Positions 52,344 through 63,694 of a stretch of DNA of 64,000 nucleotides are shown here, piece after piece (position 1 is the stretch's first letter; each line of letters starts with the position of its first letter). The position numbers and the translations under genes are program-made. Source of the stretch: Microcystaceae cyanobacterium (lineage in GTDB: Bacteria; Cyanobacteriota; Cyanobacteriia; Cyanobacteriales; Microcystaceae); the NCBI GenBank assembly GCA_041746575.1, contig JBGTGT010000098.1:1-64000 (forward strand). Direction: 5' to 3'. Under the pieces are notes generated by a model. It saw only the letters and a program-made list of their open reading frames with translations. It did no database searches and was not told the DNA's origin.

Positions 52344-52697
52344 TTGAAACTTTTTCACATTACCACAGAAACTCAGTGGCATTTAGCCCAAAATTTAGGA
52401 GAATATAAGCCCATATCCCTAAAAACAGCAGGATTTATTCATGCTTCTACCGCAGAACAAGTCCCTTGGGTGTTCCGTCAATTTTATCGGGATAAACCAA
52501 ATTTATGCTTACTTTTCCTTGATTCTGAACGAATTAAAGCAGAAATTCGTTGGGAAGCTCCAATTCATCCTCAAACCCCTGCCGATGTTACCCGGTCACC
52601 TCAGACGCCCTTTCCCCATATCTATGGCGCACTCAATCTGGACGCCGTAATTAAGGTGATATCCTTAAACAGTAATCTGTTACCCGTTTTACAGTAA
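52344..52697 (+). CDS. DUF952-domain protein
   Basis: GFIHAS..Q and FPHIYG.LN. Confidence 0.85.
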   Translation: MKLFHITTETQWHLAQNLGEYKPISLKTAGFIHASTAEQVPWVFRQFYRDKPNLCLLFLDSERIKAEIRWEAPIHPQTPADVTRSPQTPFPHIYGALNLDAVIKVISLNSNLLPVLQ

Positions 52698-52708
52698 TTC
52701 GTCTAACC

Positions 52709-54073
52709 ATGACTCGCGCTCAACCCCCCCTAGAATTTATTCCTCCTGACTTCAATTCCCTTGTTTTTCAGACAACAAAAGCCGTTTTACCCCTATGGTT
52801 GCAGTGGCAAACAAATATCGTCACTATTGAAGCCGAAAATGTCAAAACCCTTGCTCAGTTGTATCAAAACTTTCAAATCGGAAAAAACCGCTTCTTATTG
52901 GCTTTTCGTCACCCCAATGTGAATGATCCCTATTGTATGGCGTATCTCCTTTGGAAAATTTTGCCTAAAGTCGCCAAAAAAGAAAAAATTTACCTTAATA
53001 AGCCACTTCATGCCCATTTTATCTACGATAGGGGTATTCCCCTTTGGGCTGGCTCAACCGTGGGTTGGCTTTATGCCAAATTAGGCGGAACACCGATTCA
53101 ACGAGGAAAAAGCGACTTAATTGGCTTAAAATCAGCCCGGCGTTTATTTAGCAATGGACATCTACCCATGGCCGCCGCTCCCGAAGGTGCAACCAACGGT
53201 CATAATGAAATTGTCAGTCCTCTTGAACCCGGTATTTCTCAATTGAGTTTTTGGTGTGTAGATGATTTAAAGAAAGCAAAACGAGATGAAACAGTTTATA
53301 TTTTACCGATTGGTATTCAATACTTTTATCTGACACCTCCTTGGACAGAAATTCAGCAACTTTTAAGCCACCTAGAACAAGAAACGGGGATCGAGCTTGA
53401 CGCCCCTGCTCAATCATTGGATACTGAGCGATTATATGACCGTTTATTGCGCTTAGGAGAACGATTGCTGTGCTTAATGGAAGACTTTTATCGAGACTTT
53501 TATCAGCAAAATTTAGAGATAATCGAGATAGAAAAGGGCAAAGAACAGCAATCAATGGGTATTCGCCTACAAAACCTCTTAGACGCGGCTTTGAGGGTTG
53601 CTGAACAGTATTTTCATCTATCTTCTCACGGTAATTATATAGACCGTTGTCGCCGTTTAGAACAAGCCGGATGGGACGATATTTATCGAGATGAGTTAAA
53701 AAAATCCAGCCAGTCGTTATCCGTCGTTGAAAGAGGACTCGCCGATAGAATTGCAGAGGAAGCCAGCCTGAAAATGTGGCACATGAGAATTGTTGAATCT
53801 TTTGTCGCCGTTACGGGTCATTATGTCAAAGAAAAACCCAGTGTGGAACGATTTGCCGAAACCATTTTATTATTGTGGGACTTAATCAAGCGAATTGAGG
53901 GAGAATCATCCTTCATACGCCCCAATTTAGGCAAACAACAGGTTAAAATGACGGTAGGGAAACCCATTGATATTTCTGAGCGTTGGGCAGATTATAAAAG
54001 CGATCGCCGCTTAGCCGTTGCCACCTTGACCAAAGATTTACAATTAATCTTAGAAGGACTAATCATCACTTAA
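52709..54073 (+). CDS. Phospholipid/glycerol acyltransferase (PlsC-like)
   Basis: FRHPNVNDP (HX4D) and APEG motifs. Confidence 0.8.
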   Translation: MTRAQPPLEFIPPDFNSLVFQTTKAVLPLWLQWQTNIVTIEAENVKTLAQLYQNFQIGKNRFLLAFRHPNVNDPYCMAYLLWKILPKVAKKEKIYLNKPLHAHFIYDRGIPLWAGSTVGWLYAKLGGTPIQRGKSDLIGLKSARRLFSNGHLPMAAAPEGATNGHNEIVSPLEPGISQLSFWCVDDLKKAKRDETVYILPIGIQYFYLTPPWTEIQQLLSHLEQETGIELDAPAQSLDTERLYDRLLRLGERLLCLMEDFYRDFYQQNLEIIEIEKGKEQQSMGIRLQNLLDAALRVAEQYFHLSSHGNYIDRCRRLEQAGWDDIYRDELKKSSQSLSVVERGLADRIAEEASLKMWHMRIVESFVAVTGHYVKEKPSVERFAETILLLWDLIKRIEGESSFIRPNLGKQQVKMTVGKPIDISERWADYKSDRRLAVATLTKDLQLILEGLIIT

Positions 54074-54103
54074 ATCAAAGATTTTTCCAGCGAAAACCCT
54101 AAC

Positions 54104-54119
54104 GGTGATCAGAATCACT
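54104..54119. promoter_or_regulatory. Possible CRP-like site
   Basis: GGTGA-TCAGAA-TCACT, an 8/10 match to TGTGA-N6-TCACA, upstream of the pentapeptide gene. Confidence 0.35.
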
Positions 54120-54303
54120 TGACTTGAGTGATACTTTACTACTGACATGAGGTTAAAGGTGAGCCATAATAGGAATATAAAGATTACCAATGTTAATTTT
54201 TTTGGTATCTTATTTTCCCTGTTTTATTAGAATTTTTAAGAAAAATTTAATGTTCTTCTAAATTAAGAGAAGTAGGAAGAACTCACCTTAAGAGGAGATA
54301 ATT

Positions 54304-55215
54304 ATGCTGAGTAGTAATGCACTTGATATTCAAAAACAATATGATGACGGAAAAAGAGACTTTCAAAAACTACAACTACGTCGGATGGATTTGCGGAGCT
54401 TAAATCTGAAAGATGCTAATTTGAGAGGCACTGATTTGAGTTATACCAATTTGAGGAATAGCAATTTAACAGGGGCTGATTTAAGGGATGTTTATCTGAA
54501 TGAAGCCGATTTAACGGGGGCAAATCTCAGTCAAGCGAACCTAAGTCAAGCCTCTTTAATAAAGACCTATTTAATTAAAGCCAACTTAACAGAAGCAAAT
54601 TTAAAAAAGGCTTATTTAACGGGGGCTTATCTGACTAAAGCGAACTTACGAGGGGCATTGTTGCAAGGCAGTTACTTTAATAATGCCCAACTCAGTGGAG
54701 CCACTTTAACCGATGCTTATTATGATAAAACGACGTGTTTTGATCCTACGATTGATCCTGCGAAATTAGGACTTAAAGATAGTGATAAAATCTTGCCTTT
54801 TCTTGATTCTGTCTATTTGACTTCAAAAACAAGCCAAAGCGATGTTGAATTTGATATTGATGTTTCGTCTGTGAGTATCGAAGCCTTAGTGAAAATGTTT
54901 AATCATCTGACCGAAACCAGTAATCATTATTTAGGCAGTATGATGACGATTCGCTACTGGAAATCGGCAGGTTCAGAAGTGGAATGGTATCAAGAATTTG
55001 CCATTAATTCCTCTGCTAAAGTCACCTACATGGGTTCTCAGCAAACTCCCTTAACCCCCCTCCAATTGGAAGCATATAGAGAGTGGATTATTGCGTTTGT
55101 CAAATCCTGTTCTTTGATTATTCAAAATTATACTACCCTGCTAAAACCCGAATTTTTAGCTTTTCCAATTGGCCCATCTACAACAGGAAAAAAAACCTTA
55201 ATCTTTCTTCAATAA
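54304..55215 (+). CDS. Pentapeptide repeat protein with a C-terminal non-repeat domain
   Basis: A(N/D)LxxA repeats in the N-terminal half; GAGGAG RBS. Confidence 0.88.
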   Translation: MLSSNALDIQKQYDDGKRDFQKLQLRRMDLRSLNLKDANLRGTDLSYTNLRNSNLTGADLRDVYLNEADLTGANLSQANLSQASLIKTYLIKANLTEANLKKAYLTGAYLTKANLRGALLQGSYFNNAQLSGATLTDAYYDKTTCFDPTIDPAKLGLKDSDKILPFLDSVYLTSKTSQSDVEFDIDVSSVSIEALVKMFNHLTETSNHYLGSMMTIRYWKSAGSEVEWYQEFAINSSAKVTYMGSQQTPLTPLQLEAYREWIIAFVKSCSLIIQNYTTLLKPEFLAFPIGPSTTGKKTLIFLQ

Positions 55216-55530
55216 ATTCGCATCTTTCCGCTTCAACAACAGTGAGGAAAATACTGGTTGTTCAAGCCTGAAGGACTGAACTGTGGCTAAAGGCTGAATG
55301 AAAAATTGCCTTTTTCTGCTAAGATAGGTTTCGAGAAATCTACACTTGATACTCAAACAAAATTAAGGTCAAATGCTCGGAAGGATATCTTGCCTCCCTT
55401 TGGAAATTTGCCAGTAAGAGGAATTACATTACGAAAGTGACTCTCTCTATTGCCGTAACCTTATCTATCAGTAATAATAGATATTGTATATAAAACAACG
55501 CTCAAAGATCTATACTTAGCCTGTCTGTTT

Positions 55531-55773
55531 ATGAGACGTGACGTTATGCAATCGGAAACCATTAAAGCGATTTATCGAAATGGGATATTTATTCCTCAAG
55601 TCCCTTGTACCTACATCAATAACAGTGAAATCGAATTAATTATTCAACCTTCTCCTGCCCAAAAGATTGAAATTATTGACCCAGAAACGAGACAAGAAAT
55701 TCTTCACAGTCTATTGCGACGGATGAGACAAACGTCTTTAAATGTTTATGTAAGGCGTTTACCTAATCCCTAA
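55531..55773 (+). CDS. DUF104 / AF2212-like small protein
   Basis: TIKAIYRNGIFIP motif. Confidence 0.6.
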   Translation: MRRDVMQSETIKAIYRNGIFIPQVPCTYINNSEIELIIQPSPAQKIEIIDPETRQEILHSLLRRMRQTSLNVYVRRLPNP

Positions 55774-55845
55774 AAGTCCCGCAAAAATTGATGCTGAAAA
55801 CAGCATTTCCGAAGAGGTCAATCCTTCGCCGAAGAGAAAAATCAA

Positions 55846-56058
55846 CTAATATCGATCCATGAGCGTCAACAGATCGCTGTAAACCCATGGTTGAATCTCT
55901 TGATCGGTTGTTGTCAGTTGAACCCGTTGTAACGAGACTGAAAATCCTAGCAATATAACCGTTATCAGGACTCCCCCCAATGAAATGTTTTGATTTTCTG
56001 GATTAGGCGATTGAGGTAAAAGCATTGAAGTGTTCACTTTCATCATTTTAATCTCCAT
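55846..56058 (-). CDS. Small hypothetical membrane protein
   Basis: 70 aa with one hydrophobic segment. Confidence 0.4.
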   Translation of the reverse strand: MEIKMMKVNTSMLLPQSPNPENQNISLGGVLITVILLGFSVSLQRVQLTTTDQEIQPWVYSDLLTLMDRY

Positions 56059-56656
56059 TTCCTAGACAATGAACCCATCTTTAGGCTTTTAAAAAGATTT
56101 TCGGTGTTTTTTAGTCTAGTAGGTTTCATCGTACAGGGCATTTTAATTAAGTTAAGACAGATCAGAAGGAGCAAAGTGGTTCATAGCCAAGGTTGTCACT
56201 CTTTGTTCTGTCTTTTTCAGGTTCATCACTGCGTTGAGCTATGTAGAGACTCAGCGACGGTTAGCCCCATTCCGTAAATCGTGAATAATTTTGCGGTGAG
56301 TCAGTCTGCACCCGTGAGAAAGGTCAGTTTAGAGATCTGAAAACCAATCATGGCGAGGGTTGTGAGAGTTTATTTTTACGTCTTTCATTTGGCGTTCGGC
56401 GGTCGCATCGGTCAGTGTTGAAACTAAATCCTTCGCTTTAACGTCCCTTGCAGATGAACGGGCAAAGATTCCACCGATACCCAATTTAACGGGATAAAGG
56501 TGTGTAACCGGTCTTTTCTATTGCCCATCCTCGATGCCCTGTCCTTATTTAAAGCGGATTTAGTCTGACAAGACTTAAAGATTGAGGGGGATTTTCTGTT
56601 AAGCTATCCTGTACTGGGCAACCTAGCCCCACTGTTCGAGATTAGGAGCAATAACT

Positions 56657-58531
56657 GTGAGGTTCCACTGGCTACTATTGACACTCTTGAGCGCATTGCT
56701 ATGGGCAAACCCTGCCCAAGCAGGAAAGCTTTTGTTCTGGCGATTTGAATCCAATCAAAATCGGTTAGTGTTTAGCACCGATGAACGAGTTCAACCCAGA
56801 GCGCAACTGATTCCTAATCCGACGCGCATCGTCATTGATTTGCCCGGTGTAGTTTTAGGTCGCCCCAGTGTAGATCAATCGGTCAGTGGAACGGTTCGCA
56901 GTGTGCGGGTAGGGCAATTTAACCCCAATACTACCCGTTTAGTGATTGAGTTAGCCCCTAACTATACCGTCAACCCTCAAGAGGTTAAGGTAAGGGGAAT
57001 TTCGCCAACCCAGTGGACGGTAACGTTACCCTCCCCGCAACGAGTTGCCCCCTCGAATAATAATAGCCTTCCCCCTCCTATTGCGCCCCCTCCCGATACT
57101 CCCAATCAGTCCAATCGTGCTTTGCCCCCCGCCAATCAGGGCAATCGTGATGATACCAGTGATGTGCGAGTTACTCGCAATGGCATCTTTGTGCGATTAG
57201 ACCAGACAGGAGATAGGCAAAAACTGAGGGTAAAACGCAGTAAAAATCAGCGAACCGTAGAAATTACCCTTCCCGGTGCGCAATTTCCCAGCCGTTTAGC
57301 CTCAAAAACCTTGGCTATCAACGAATACGGCATTGAAGAAATACAATTCGAGCAAACGGAGACCTCTGCCTCTTCTGCACGCTTGACGTTAACGGTAGAT
57401 CGTCAAAGTCCCGATTGGCAAGCGGTGTATAGCCGAACTGACGGGATAGTGTTGCTTCCGAAAGGGGGATTTAGCAATTTAGAACGGCAGGGATTATCCC
57501 AACCTCGTTCTTTAAACGTTGCTGATGGGGGTGAAAATCAACCGGCGACGATTCGGGCAGTTTCTCTAAGTAATGATAACCGTCAATTAGTGATCCAAGC
57601 GGATCGATCCATTCAGGGTAGTGGGCAATGGGATGCGCGTTCGGGCGTTTACGAAATTCGTATTGACAAAGCTCAACTGGCAGAATCGGTGCAAGGGCCT
57701 CAACTGGGTCGTAATAGTCCGATTTACCAACTGCGGGTACGCCAAGAGGCGGGAAATACGGTCACAATTCTGGTACAACCGTCTTTAGGCGTGCAATTTG
57801 GTTCAGTCAATCAACTCAGCACCCAGCAACTTGCCCTTGAGATTCAATCCCTCCGTGCGTTACCTCCTTCGGCGAGTCGACAAGGTTCGGTCAATGCCGC
57901 TCCTCGTCCGATTGCTGTTCCTCCGGCACCTTATCCTGAGAATAACCCTCGAACGACGGTAAATGCTAACCCACCTCCTGCTAGACAAGTGGGGCGACGC
58001 TTGGTCATTATTGATCCTGGCCATGGGGGCAAAGATCCCGGCGCGATCGGACTTCAAGGCTTACGGGAAAAAGATGTCATTTTGCCCATTGCTCAAGAGG
58101 TTGCTAATATCCTTGAAAAACAGGGCATTCAGATTATTATGACCCGCAACAGCGACTATTTCGTAAGTTTGCAGGGTCGAACTGATATGGCCAATCGGGC
58201 AGGAGCCGATATTTTTGTCAGCATTCATGCTAATTCTATGGGAAAAGACCGTCCCGATGTAAGTGGCATGGAGGTGTATTATTACGGCGATCGCCGTTTA
58301 TCGGATACCATTCATCGTAGTATTCGTCGTAGCGTCAGCCTCAAAGATCGAGGCGTAAGGCAAGCGCGCTTTTATGTGTTGCGTTACTCTCGTATGCCAG
58401 CAACCTTAGTTGAAGTAGGCTTTGTGACCGGCTACGAGGATTCGGTGAAACTGAGTAACGCCAGTTTTCGCTCTCAAATGGCGCAAGCTATTGCCCGTGG
58501 AATTTTAGAATATCTCCAACAAAATCGTTGA
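56657..58531 (+). CDS. amiC: N-acetylmuramoyl-L-alanine amidase with AMIN domains
   Basis: Signal peptide, AMIN RIVIDLPG, IDPGHGG, SIHAN and LVEVGF; AGGAG RBS. Confidence 0.92.
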   Translation: MRFHWLLLTLLSALLWANPAQAGKLLFWRFESNQNRLVFSTDERVQPRAQLIPNPTRIVIDLPGVVLGRPSVDQSVSGTVRSVRVGQFNPNTTRLVIELAPNYTVNPQEVKVRGISPTQWTVTLPSPQRVAPSNNNSLPPPIAPPPDTPNQSNRALPPANQGNRDDTSDVRVTRNGIFVRLDQTGDRQKLRVKRSKNQRTVEITLPGAQFPSRLASKTLAINEYGIEEIQFEQTETSASSARLTLTVDRQSPDWQAVYSRTDGIVLLPKGGFSNLERQGLSQPRSLNVADGGENQPATIRAVSLSNDNRQLVIQADRSIQGSGQWDARSGVYEIRIDKAQLAESVQGPQLGRNSPIYQLRVRQEAGNTVTILVQPSLGVQFGSVNQLSTQQLALEIQSLRALPPSASRQGSVNAAPRPIAVPPAPYPENNPRTTVNANPPPARQVGRRLVIIDPGHGGKDPGAIGLQGLREKDVILPIAQEVANILEKQGIQIIMTRNSDYFVSLQGRTDMANRAGADIFVSIHANSMGKDRPDVSGMEVYYYGDRRLSDTIHRSIRRSVSLKDRGVRQARFYVLRYSRMPATLVEVGFVTGYEDSVKLSNASFRSQMAQAIARGILEYLQQNR

Positions 58532-58558
58532 TGGATTTCTTTACTTTCACCATTATTC

Positions 58559-59440
58559 GTGTTTAAATGTTCAAAACGACAGCATATATCGTCTGATTCG
58601 ATGAGAGAGTCTTTAATTAGCCGTATAGGCGTTTTTGATAGTGGTGTGGGTGGGTTAAGTGTTTTACGGGAACTGTATCGTCAGCTCCCCAATGAATCCA
58701 TTCTGTACTTTGCCGACACAGCCCGACTTCCCTACGGTGGGCGATCGCCAGAAGAAATCCTTTCATTCGTCCGTGCTATTCTCCGCTGGATGGAACAAGA
58801 AGGGGTCAAAATGGTGGTCATGGCCTGTAATACCAGTTCTGCCCTTGCCCTCGAACGGGTACAGAAAGAGTTTTCCTTCCCTATTTTAGGGGTGATTCTA
58901 CCGGGTGCTAAAGCAGCAGTTCAACAGGGCAAACGGATTGGTGTGATTGCTACCCAAGCGACGGTCAACAGCCGAGCCTATTCGCAAGCGATCGCCGAAA
59001 TTGACCCCACTCTTTCGGTTTGGGAGGTGGCTTGTCCCGAATTTGTGCCGCTGATTGAAAGTAATCGTATCAATGATCCCTATACTAAAGCCGTTGCTAA
59101 AAAGTATTTACATTCGCTTTTAGAAGCTAATATTGATACCTTGATCTATGGTTGTACCCATTATCGTCATTTAGCCCCAATTATTCGCAATTTAGTGCCT
59201 AATTCAGTTAAATTAATTGATCCGGCACGGTCGGTGGTTAAAGCGATGGACAAGGAGTTACACCTGATGGGGTTGAGTGGGACCTATCCCCCCCTACCGA
59301 CACGCTTTGCGGTGAGTGGTTGCCCCGAACAATTTGCCCAACTCTCTCGCCAATGGTTAGGCCATCTTCCTACGGCGGAAAAGGTGTTTTTGCCCCTTGA
59401 AACCGGTGCGCCCGTTTCTTTAGAAATAGCTGCTGATTAA
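58559..59440 (+). CDS. murI: Glutamate racemase
   Basis: FDSGVGGLSV, PYG, ACNTSS and GCTHY. Confidence 0.95.
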   Translation: MFKCSKRQHISSDSMRESLISRIGVFDSGVGGLSVLRELYRQLPNESILYFADTARLPYGGRSPEEILSFVRAILRWMEQEGVKMVVMACNTSSALALERVQKEFSFPILGVILPGAKAAVQQGKRIGVIATQATVNSRAYSQAIAEIDPTLSVWEVACPEFVPLIESNRINDPYTKAVAKKYLHSLLEANIDTLIYGCTHYRHLAPIIRNLVPNSVKLIDPARSVVKAMDKELHLMGLSGTYPPLPTRFAVSGCPEQFAQLSRQWLGHLPTAEKVFLPLETGAPVSLEIAAD

Positions 59441-59563
59441 CGAATTTTATTAGCTCGCAATTTGCTGGGAATTTCTTCGTTTACGTTTAGCCCCCTCGCC
59501 TTTGGGAGAGGGGGAAACCAAATTCAATATCGTTCAATTAAACAAAAAAGACGTTCATTAGAC

Positions 59564-60592
59564 TTACATTTGGCTCTGGAATTTTTGTTTGCTTTCTTTA
59601 AACTGTTGAGCCATTTGCTGACGCTGACTATCCGATAAGTTTTTACGCATTGACGCAAACATAGTACTTTCCTCTTGGCGGGTGTGATCCCCTACCATAG
59701 ATTTAATCTGCTTGAGTTTTGCCATAAACGCATCGCCAGTCGAATCCATATTTTTCATTTCTTTGAGTAGGCTTTCTAGTTCTGCCTGCTCGTCATAGAG
59801 TTCTTGGGTGTTTTCCTCTCCGTAGAAAGATTGTACGGCTGGATAGACCACTTCTTCTTCAGCTTTGGAGTGAACAACAAGGTCTTTATAAAGCTGACCA
59901 AATAAGGATTGAATGGCTTCCGTGTCTTTAGCTCCTTTAATCTCGCTTATCAGGGTTTTAGCCTTCTGGTGATCCATAAAGATCAAGTCCATAATATCCA
60001 TCCCCCCGTTGTCGGAGGATTGAGACACGGCACTACCGATTACACCCGTTGCCGCCGCTACTGCGTCTTTTACCCGACCCCATAATCCTTGATCGGGCGT
60101 TTCGCCGGTCAGTTCCTGAGTGCCTAGATATTCTAGCATTCCTTTCAGTTGCTCTTGGTGCGCTCGATTTTCAAAGTTAACGGTATTGAGGGGAGACAAT
60201 GCTTCTTGAACGTCTAGTCCCACCACTTGAGCCGCTTTGTGAATGACTAAGCCAGAGACAACTTGACCGTGTTTTAAAAGTTCGTGTTGCGCCATTTTTT
60301 CATAGAGCGACAGCTCAGAACTCGTAGCCATACTTTTTGCTTTTTCTACCATTTGTTGAACCGTTTTTTTCGGTTCAGATTGAATTCCGTATTGAGTAAT
60401 GGCAGTTTCAACAATTTCCAAGTTTTTGCGATCATCTTCCAGCATATCCTCTAGGCGATTGCTGAGTTCGGAATCACTACATTGCTCTAGAAATTGTTGC
60501 TCATTTTCAATAATGAGGCTCTGAATCGCTTTGATAGTGGCGAGTTTTTCGGCGATCGCTGTTCGTTTTTGGTCGTTTAAGGTTGCAGGCAT
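59564..60592 (-). CDS. Hemerythrin-domain protein
   Basis: MDH, HSKAEEEVVYP and HTRQEE motifs. Confidence 0.8.
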   Translation of the reverse strand: MPATLNDQKRTAIAEKLATIKAIQSLIIENEQQFLEQCSDSELSNRLEDMLEDDRKNLEIVETAITQYGIQSEPKKTVQQMVEKAKSMATSSELSLYEKMAQHELLKHGQVVSGLVIHKAAQVVGLDVQEALSPLNTVNFENRAHQEQLKGMLEYLGTQELTGETPDQGLWGRVKDAVAAATGVIGSAVSQSSDNGGMDIMDLIFMDHQKAKTLISEIKGAKDTEAIQSLFGQLYKDLVVHSKAEEEVVYPAVQSFYGEENTQELYDEQAELESLLKEMKNMDSTGDAFMAKLKQIKSMVGDHTRQEESTMFASMRKNLSDSQRQQMAQQFKESKQKFQSQM

Positions 60593-60810
60593 TCTTAAGT
60601 ATCTCTCTGAATAAGGATCATGATCTATATTGTAAAATGCTCATCAATCAGGGAGATCCATCTGTCGGTTTAAGCCTGTCTCTATCGGTTGGTTGAACTT
60701 ATCATGGCGAAATTTTTGACTGACTTCAAAAAATGGGAATCGTGGGGCGGTATTTCCCTAACTTTTGCCCATTGCATCTCATTAAAATTCAAAGATTTAA
60801 TTAAAAAGAA

Positions 60811-62283
60811 TTACTCATTTTGGTTTGCTGAAATTCGATCTCCTTCGTTGAGATAAGCCACCCCTTTAACCACCACTTGATCCTGTGGCGTTAATCCCTC
60901 GACAATTTCAAGGCGGCCTTGACCTAAAATTTCCCCTAATTTGACGGTTTTGGCGATTACGGTTTGATCGGGCTGAACGACATAAACCCGTCCACTGCCA
61001 TCGGGTTGCGGCAGAACCGCCGCCATGGGAATGGTTAAACTGGTGGCGCTATCCGTAACAATTGCGCCTCGCAGAAACATGCCGGGTTTAAGGTTGGGTT
61101 GACGACCTAAATCGACTCGGATAATCCCTTGACGGGAACTTTCATCGACTCTTGGCTCAATTTCTCGCACATTCCCCGTTAGTCGCAGATCTCGATCAGC
61201 ATCTGAGGTAATAATCACCTTTTGCCCCGGACGAACGGCCGTTAACTGAGTTTCAGGCACTTTCAAGCGTAACTCCAGTTGCCCATTTTCGATAATCGTA
61301 AACAGTTTTTGATTATTGGTGGTGACATTGCCGACCCTTGCATCCCGTTGCGAAATTTTACCACTAACAGGACTGGTAATCTTAGTATCCCGCAATTGAG
61401 CCGACATCATTTGAGATTTAGCCTTAGCATTAGCTAATTGAGCCGAAGCTTGCGCAATCTCTTGGGGTCGTGCGCCATTTTCTAATTCTCTTAATTCCTG
61501 TTGGGCTTGTCCTAAATTGGCTTGGGCTTGACTGACGGCCGCTTGTTTTGTTTTTTCTGTATTTCTTAAACCATCCAAAAGATCCAGCGCGATCGCTCCT
61601 TCTTGCTGTAACTGGGTATTGCGTTGTACTCGCATTTTGGCGAGTTCCCACTCAGCGATCGCCTCTTCTCGTTCAGCTTTCAGTCTTTTTACTTTTTCTT
61701 GAGTTTGAGCGATAATTTCAGGGCGAGTTCCCGCTTTTAATTCATCTAAACGGGCTTCGGCTTGAGCAACCTCTGCTCGGGCTTGGTTGAGTTGCGCTTG
61801 CTGGACAGCATCATCTAAAAGAACGAGGGTTTGTCCATCTTTAATTTCATCTCCTTCGTCTACTAAAACCTGACGAATTTGTAAACCGGTTGCTTGGGAA
61901 TAGATGTCAATGGGTTCAACGGCGGCTACCGTTCCTGTTGCTTTAAGGGTACGTTGAACGGGACTCAAACGAGCCGAGGCAAGGGTGACATTTTTGGCGG
62001 GAGGAGTTGCAGGTGTGGTTACAGAGGGAGATTGAGAAGGAACAGACGGTTTTTGAGCAAAGATCAGCTTATTAGCTCCTATGGTTAGTAAAACGCCAAT
62101 TCCGATTCCGATGATTAACCCTTGATAGGATTTCAATCCTGCTGAAGCGTCAGGCGAGGCTGTTGAAAATTCTTGATGCTCAAAATTCTCTGACAATGAG
62201 GTGATTTCTGCCAATTCCGAGTTTAAGTCTGGAAAACTACTTGATTCTTCGGAATAACTTTTATCGAAAGCCTTTTTGCTCAC
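60811..62283 (-). CDS. RND efflux periplasmic adaptor (membrane fusion protein)
   Basis: TM anchor, lipoyl-like VLVDEGDEI, coiled coil, ITSPVSG and LKPGMF. Confidence 0.9.
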   Translation of the reverse strand: MSKKAFDKSYSEESSSFPDLNSELAEITSLSENFEHQEFSTASPDASAGLKSYQGLIIGIGIGVLLTIGANKLIFAQKPSVPSQSPSVTTPATPPAKNVTLASARLSPVQRTLKATGTVAAVEPIDIYSQATGLQIRQVLVDEGDEIKDGQTLVLLDDAVQQAQLNQARAEVAQAEARLDELKAGTRPEIIAQTQEKVKRLKAEREEAIAEWELAKMRVQRNTQLQQEGAIALDLLDGLRNTEKTKQAAVSQAQANLGQAQQELRELENGARPQEIAQASAQLANAKAKSQMMSAQLRDTKITSPVSGKISQRDARVGNVTTNNQKLFTIIENGQLELRLKVPETQLTAVRPGQKVIITSDADRDLRLTGNVREIEPRVDESSRQGIIRVDLGRQPNLKPGMFLRGAIVTDSATSLTIPMAAVLPQPDGSGRVYVVQPDQTVIAKTVKLGEILGQGRLEIVEGLTPQDQVVVKGVAYLNEGDRISANQNE

Positions 62284-62467
62284 TATGACTCCTCGTCTGT
62301 TCGCTACAATTTAATCAATAAAGCTAATATGTAAATTTTTGTTGCTCTCTATCTACTGTAACGAATAATGAGTCAAAAAAACGAGACGAGACCAAGTCTT
62401 TAAAAAAAAGAGGATAGAGACTCAAGTTAAGTCCGCTATCCCGTTTTAAGTATTTCTTGGGGTAGGT

Positions 62468-63694
62468 TTAAGGTTTCTTTAGGGAAGCCAATATCACCAA
62501 ATCCTGCACGTCGAAAGCTGGATCTGGAGAGGGTTTTGAACCCAATTCAAACAAATAAATGACTTGATTGTCACTTAATTTGACCTTCCCGTTTTCGATA
62601 TAGGGCTTGATAATATTGTTGATGGAGTTTTGATTGGCAAAAGGCTGAATATTCGGCACTTCACTGCCATTTAAAAGGGCATAAACCCTGACTGGAGTAT
62701 AATCAAGTTTAGTAGTAACGCTATAAGAGTGCTTACAAGATCCGCCACTGGCTACTGCATATAAATCAATCGTTGTTCCCGCCTCTACCTGCATCGTCAG
62801 ACTGGAAGACACCACGGTATTCTGGGAACCTGCCTTGGGCTGATTGATGCCAACCTGAGTGTAAACGGGAATTGGGTCGCCCCCTGCCCCACAAGTCAAT
62901 TGTGTTCCCAAAATATCGATGGTAAGCGTGGATTGGTCGGGAATTGTACAGTCATTACCTTGACAATTAAATCTAGCAACGGAGGAGGCAGGGTTGTCAC
63001 TTCGGGCAAAGGCGGTCGTAGCAACGGCATAATCCGTATCTGAGCCTACCACGTGATGGGTTATTCCCCCCATACCTAGGGTAACCAGACGAGTCGTCTC
63101 TTCCGTCGCCGAAACACAGGCGTAAAACCCTTCTGTGGCGTTGGCGTGGGTAGGTTGCCATCCTTGGGGGCATTGACTGCTGTCTAGGGGCGTATCATTA
63201 ATAAAATCCATTAAAACGGCATTTTTAGCCCATTGAGCGGGTTGATCGAGTGTTGCTTGATCATATTGACCATCCTGATCAAAGTTAGGACCCCAGCGCA
63301 CCACGACTTGCTCGCCTCCCCATGGTTGGGGAGCGGGTTGGCTGTAATAAACCACATTTTTACCATTATTTAGACTTAAAACGAGAATGGGGGTCGCTCC
63401 AGTGGGTAAAGTAAAATCCTTGATTTGGCTAACAGCAGTCGCGGCATTGGTCTTGATGTCCCTAGCCATCCGTATTTCTTGGCTAATAAATTCTACCGAA
63501 CGGTTGATATCATGGCTTAAGGTACTGGTGGCTCTAGATTTAATATCTTGTTGCAACATCGTTAATAATCCTAACCCAGCACCACTAACCACAACTGAGG
63601 TTAAAGAGGCGGCAATTAATAATTCGGCTAAAGTAAACCCTTTGGTTCGGGATCGTTTGGTACAGAATTTGAGGAAGTTAGTGAAAAATTTCAT
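62468..63694 (-). CDS. Prepilin-type N-terminal cleavage/methylation protein (minor pilin, PilW-like)
   Basis: KG/FTLAELLIA followed by a hydrophobic helix and a large Cys-containing C-terminal region. Confidence 0.8.
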   Translation of the reverse strand: MKFFTNFLKFCTKRSRTKGFTLAELLIAASLTSVVVSGAGLGLLTMLQQDIKSRATSTLSHDINRSVEFISQEIRMARDIKTNAATAVSQIKDFTLPTGATPILVLSLNNGKNVVYYSQPAPQPWGGEQVVVRWGPNFDQDGQYDQATLDQPAQWAKNAVLMDFINDTPLDSSQCPQGWQPTHANATEGFYACVSATEETTRLVTLGMGGITHHVVGSDTDYAVATTAFARSDNPASSVARFNCQGNDCTIPDQSTLTIDILGTQLTCGAGGDPIPVYTQVGINQPKAGSQNTVVSSSLTMQVEAGTTIDLYAVASGGSCKHSYSVTTKLDYTPVRVYALLNGSEVPNIQPFANQNSINNIIKPYIENGKVKLSDNQVIYLFELGSKPSPDPAFDVQDLVILASLKKP

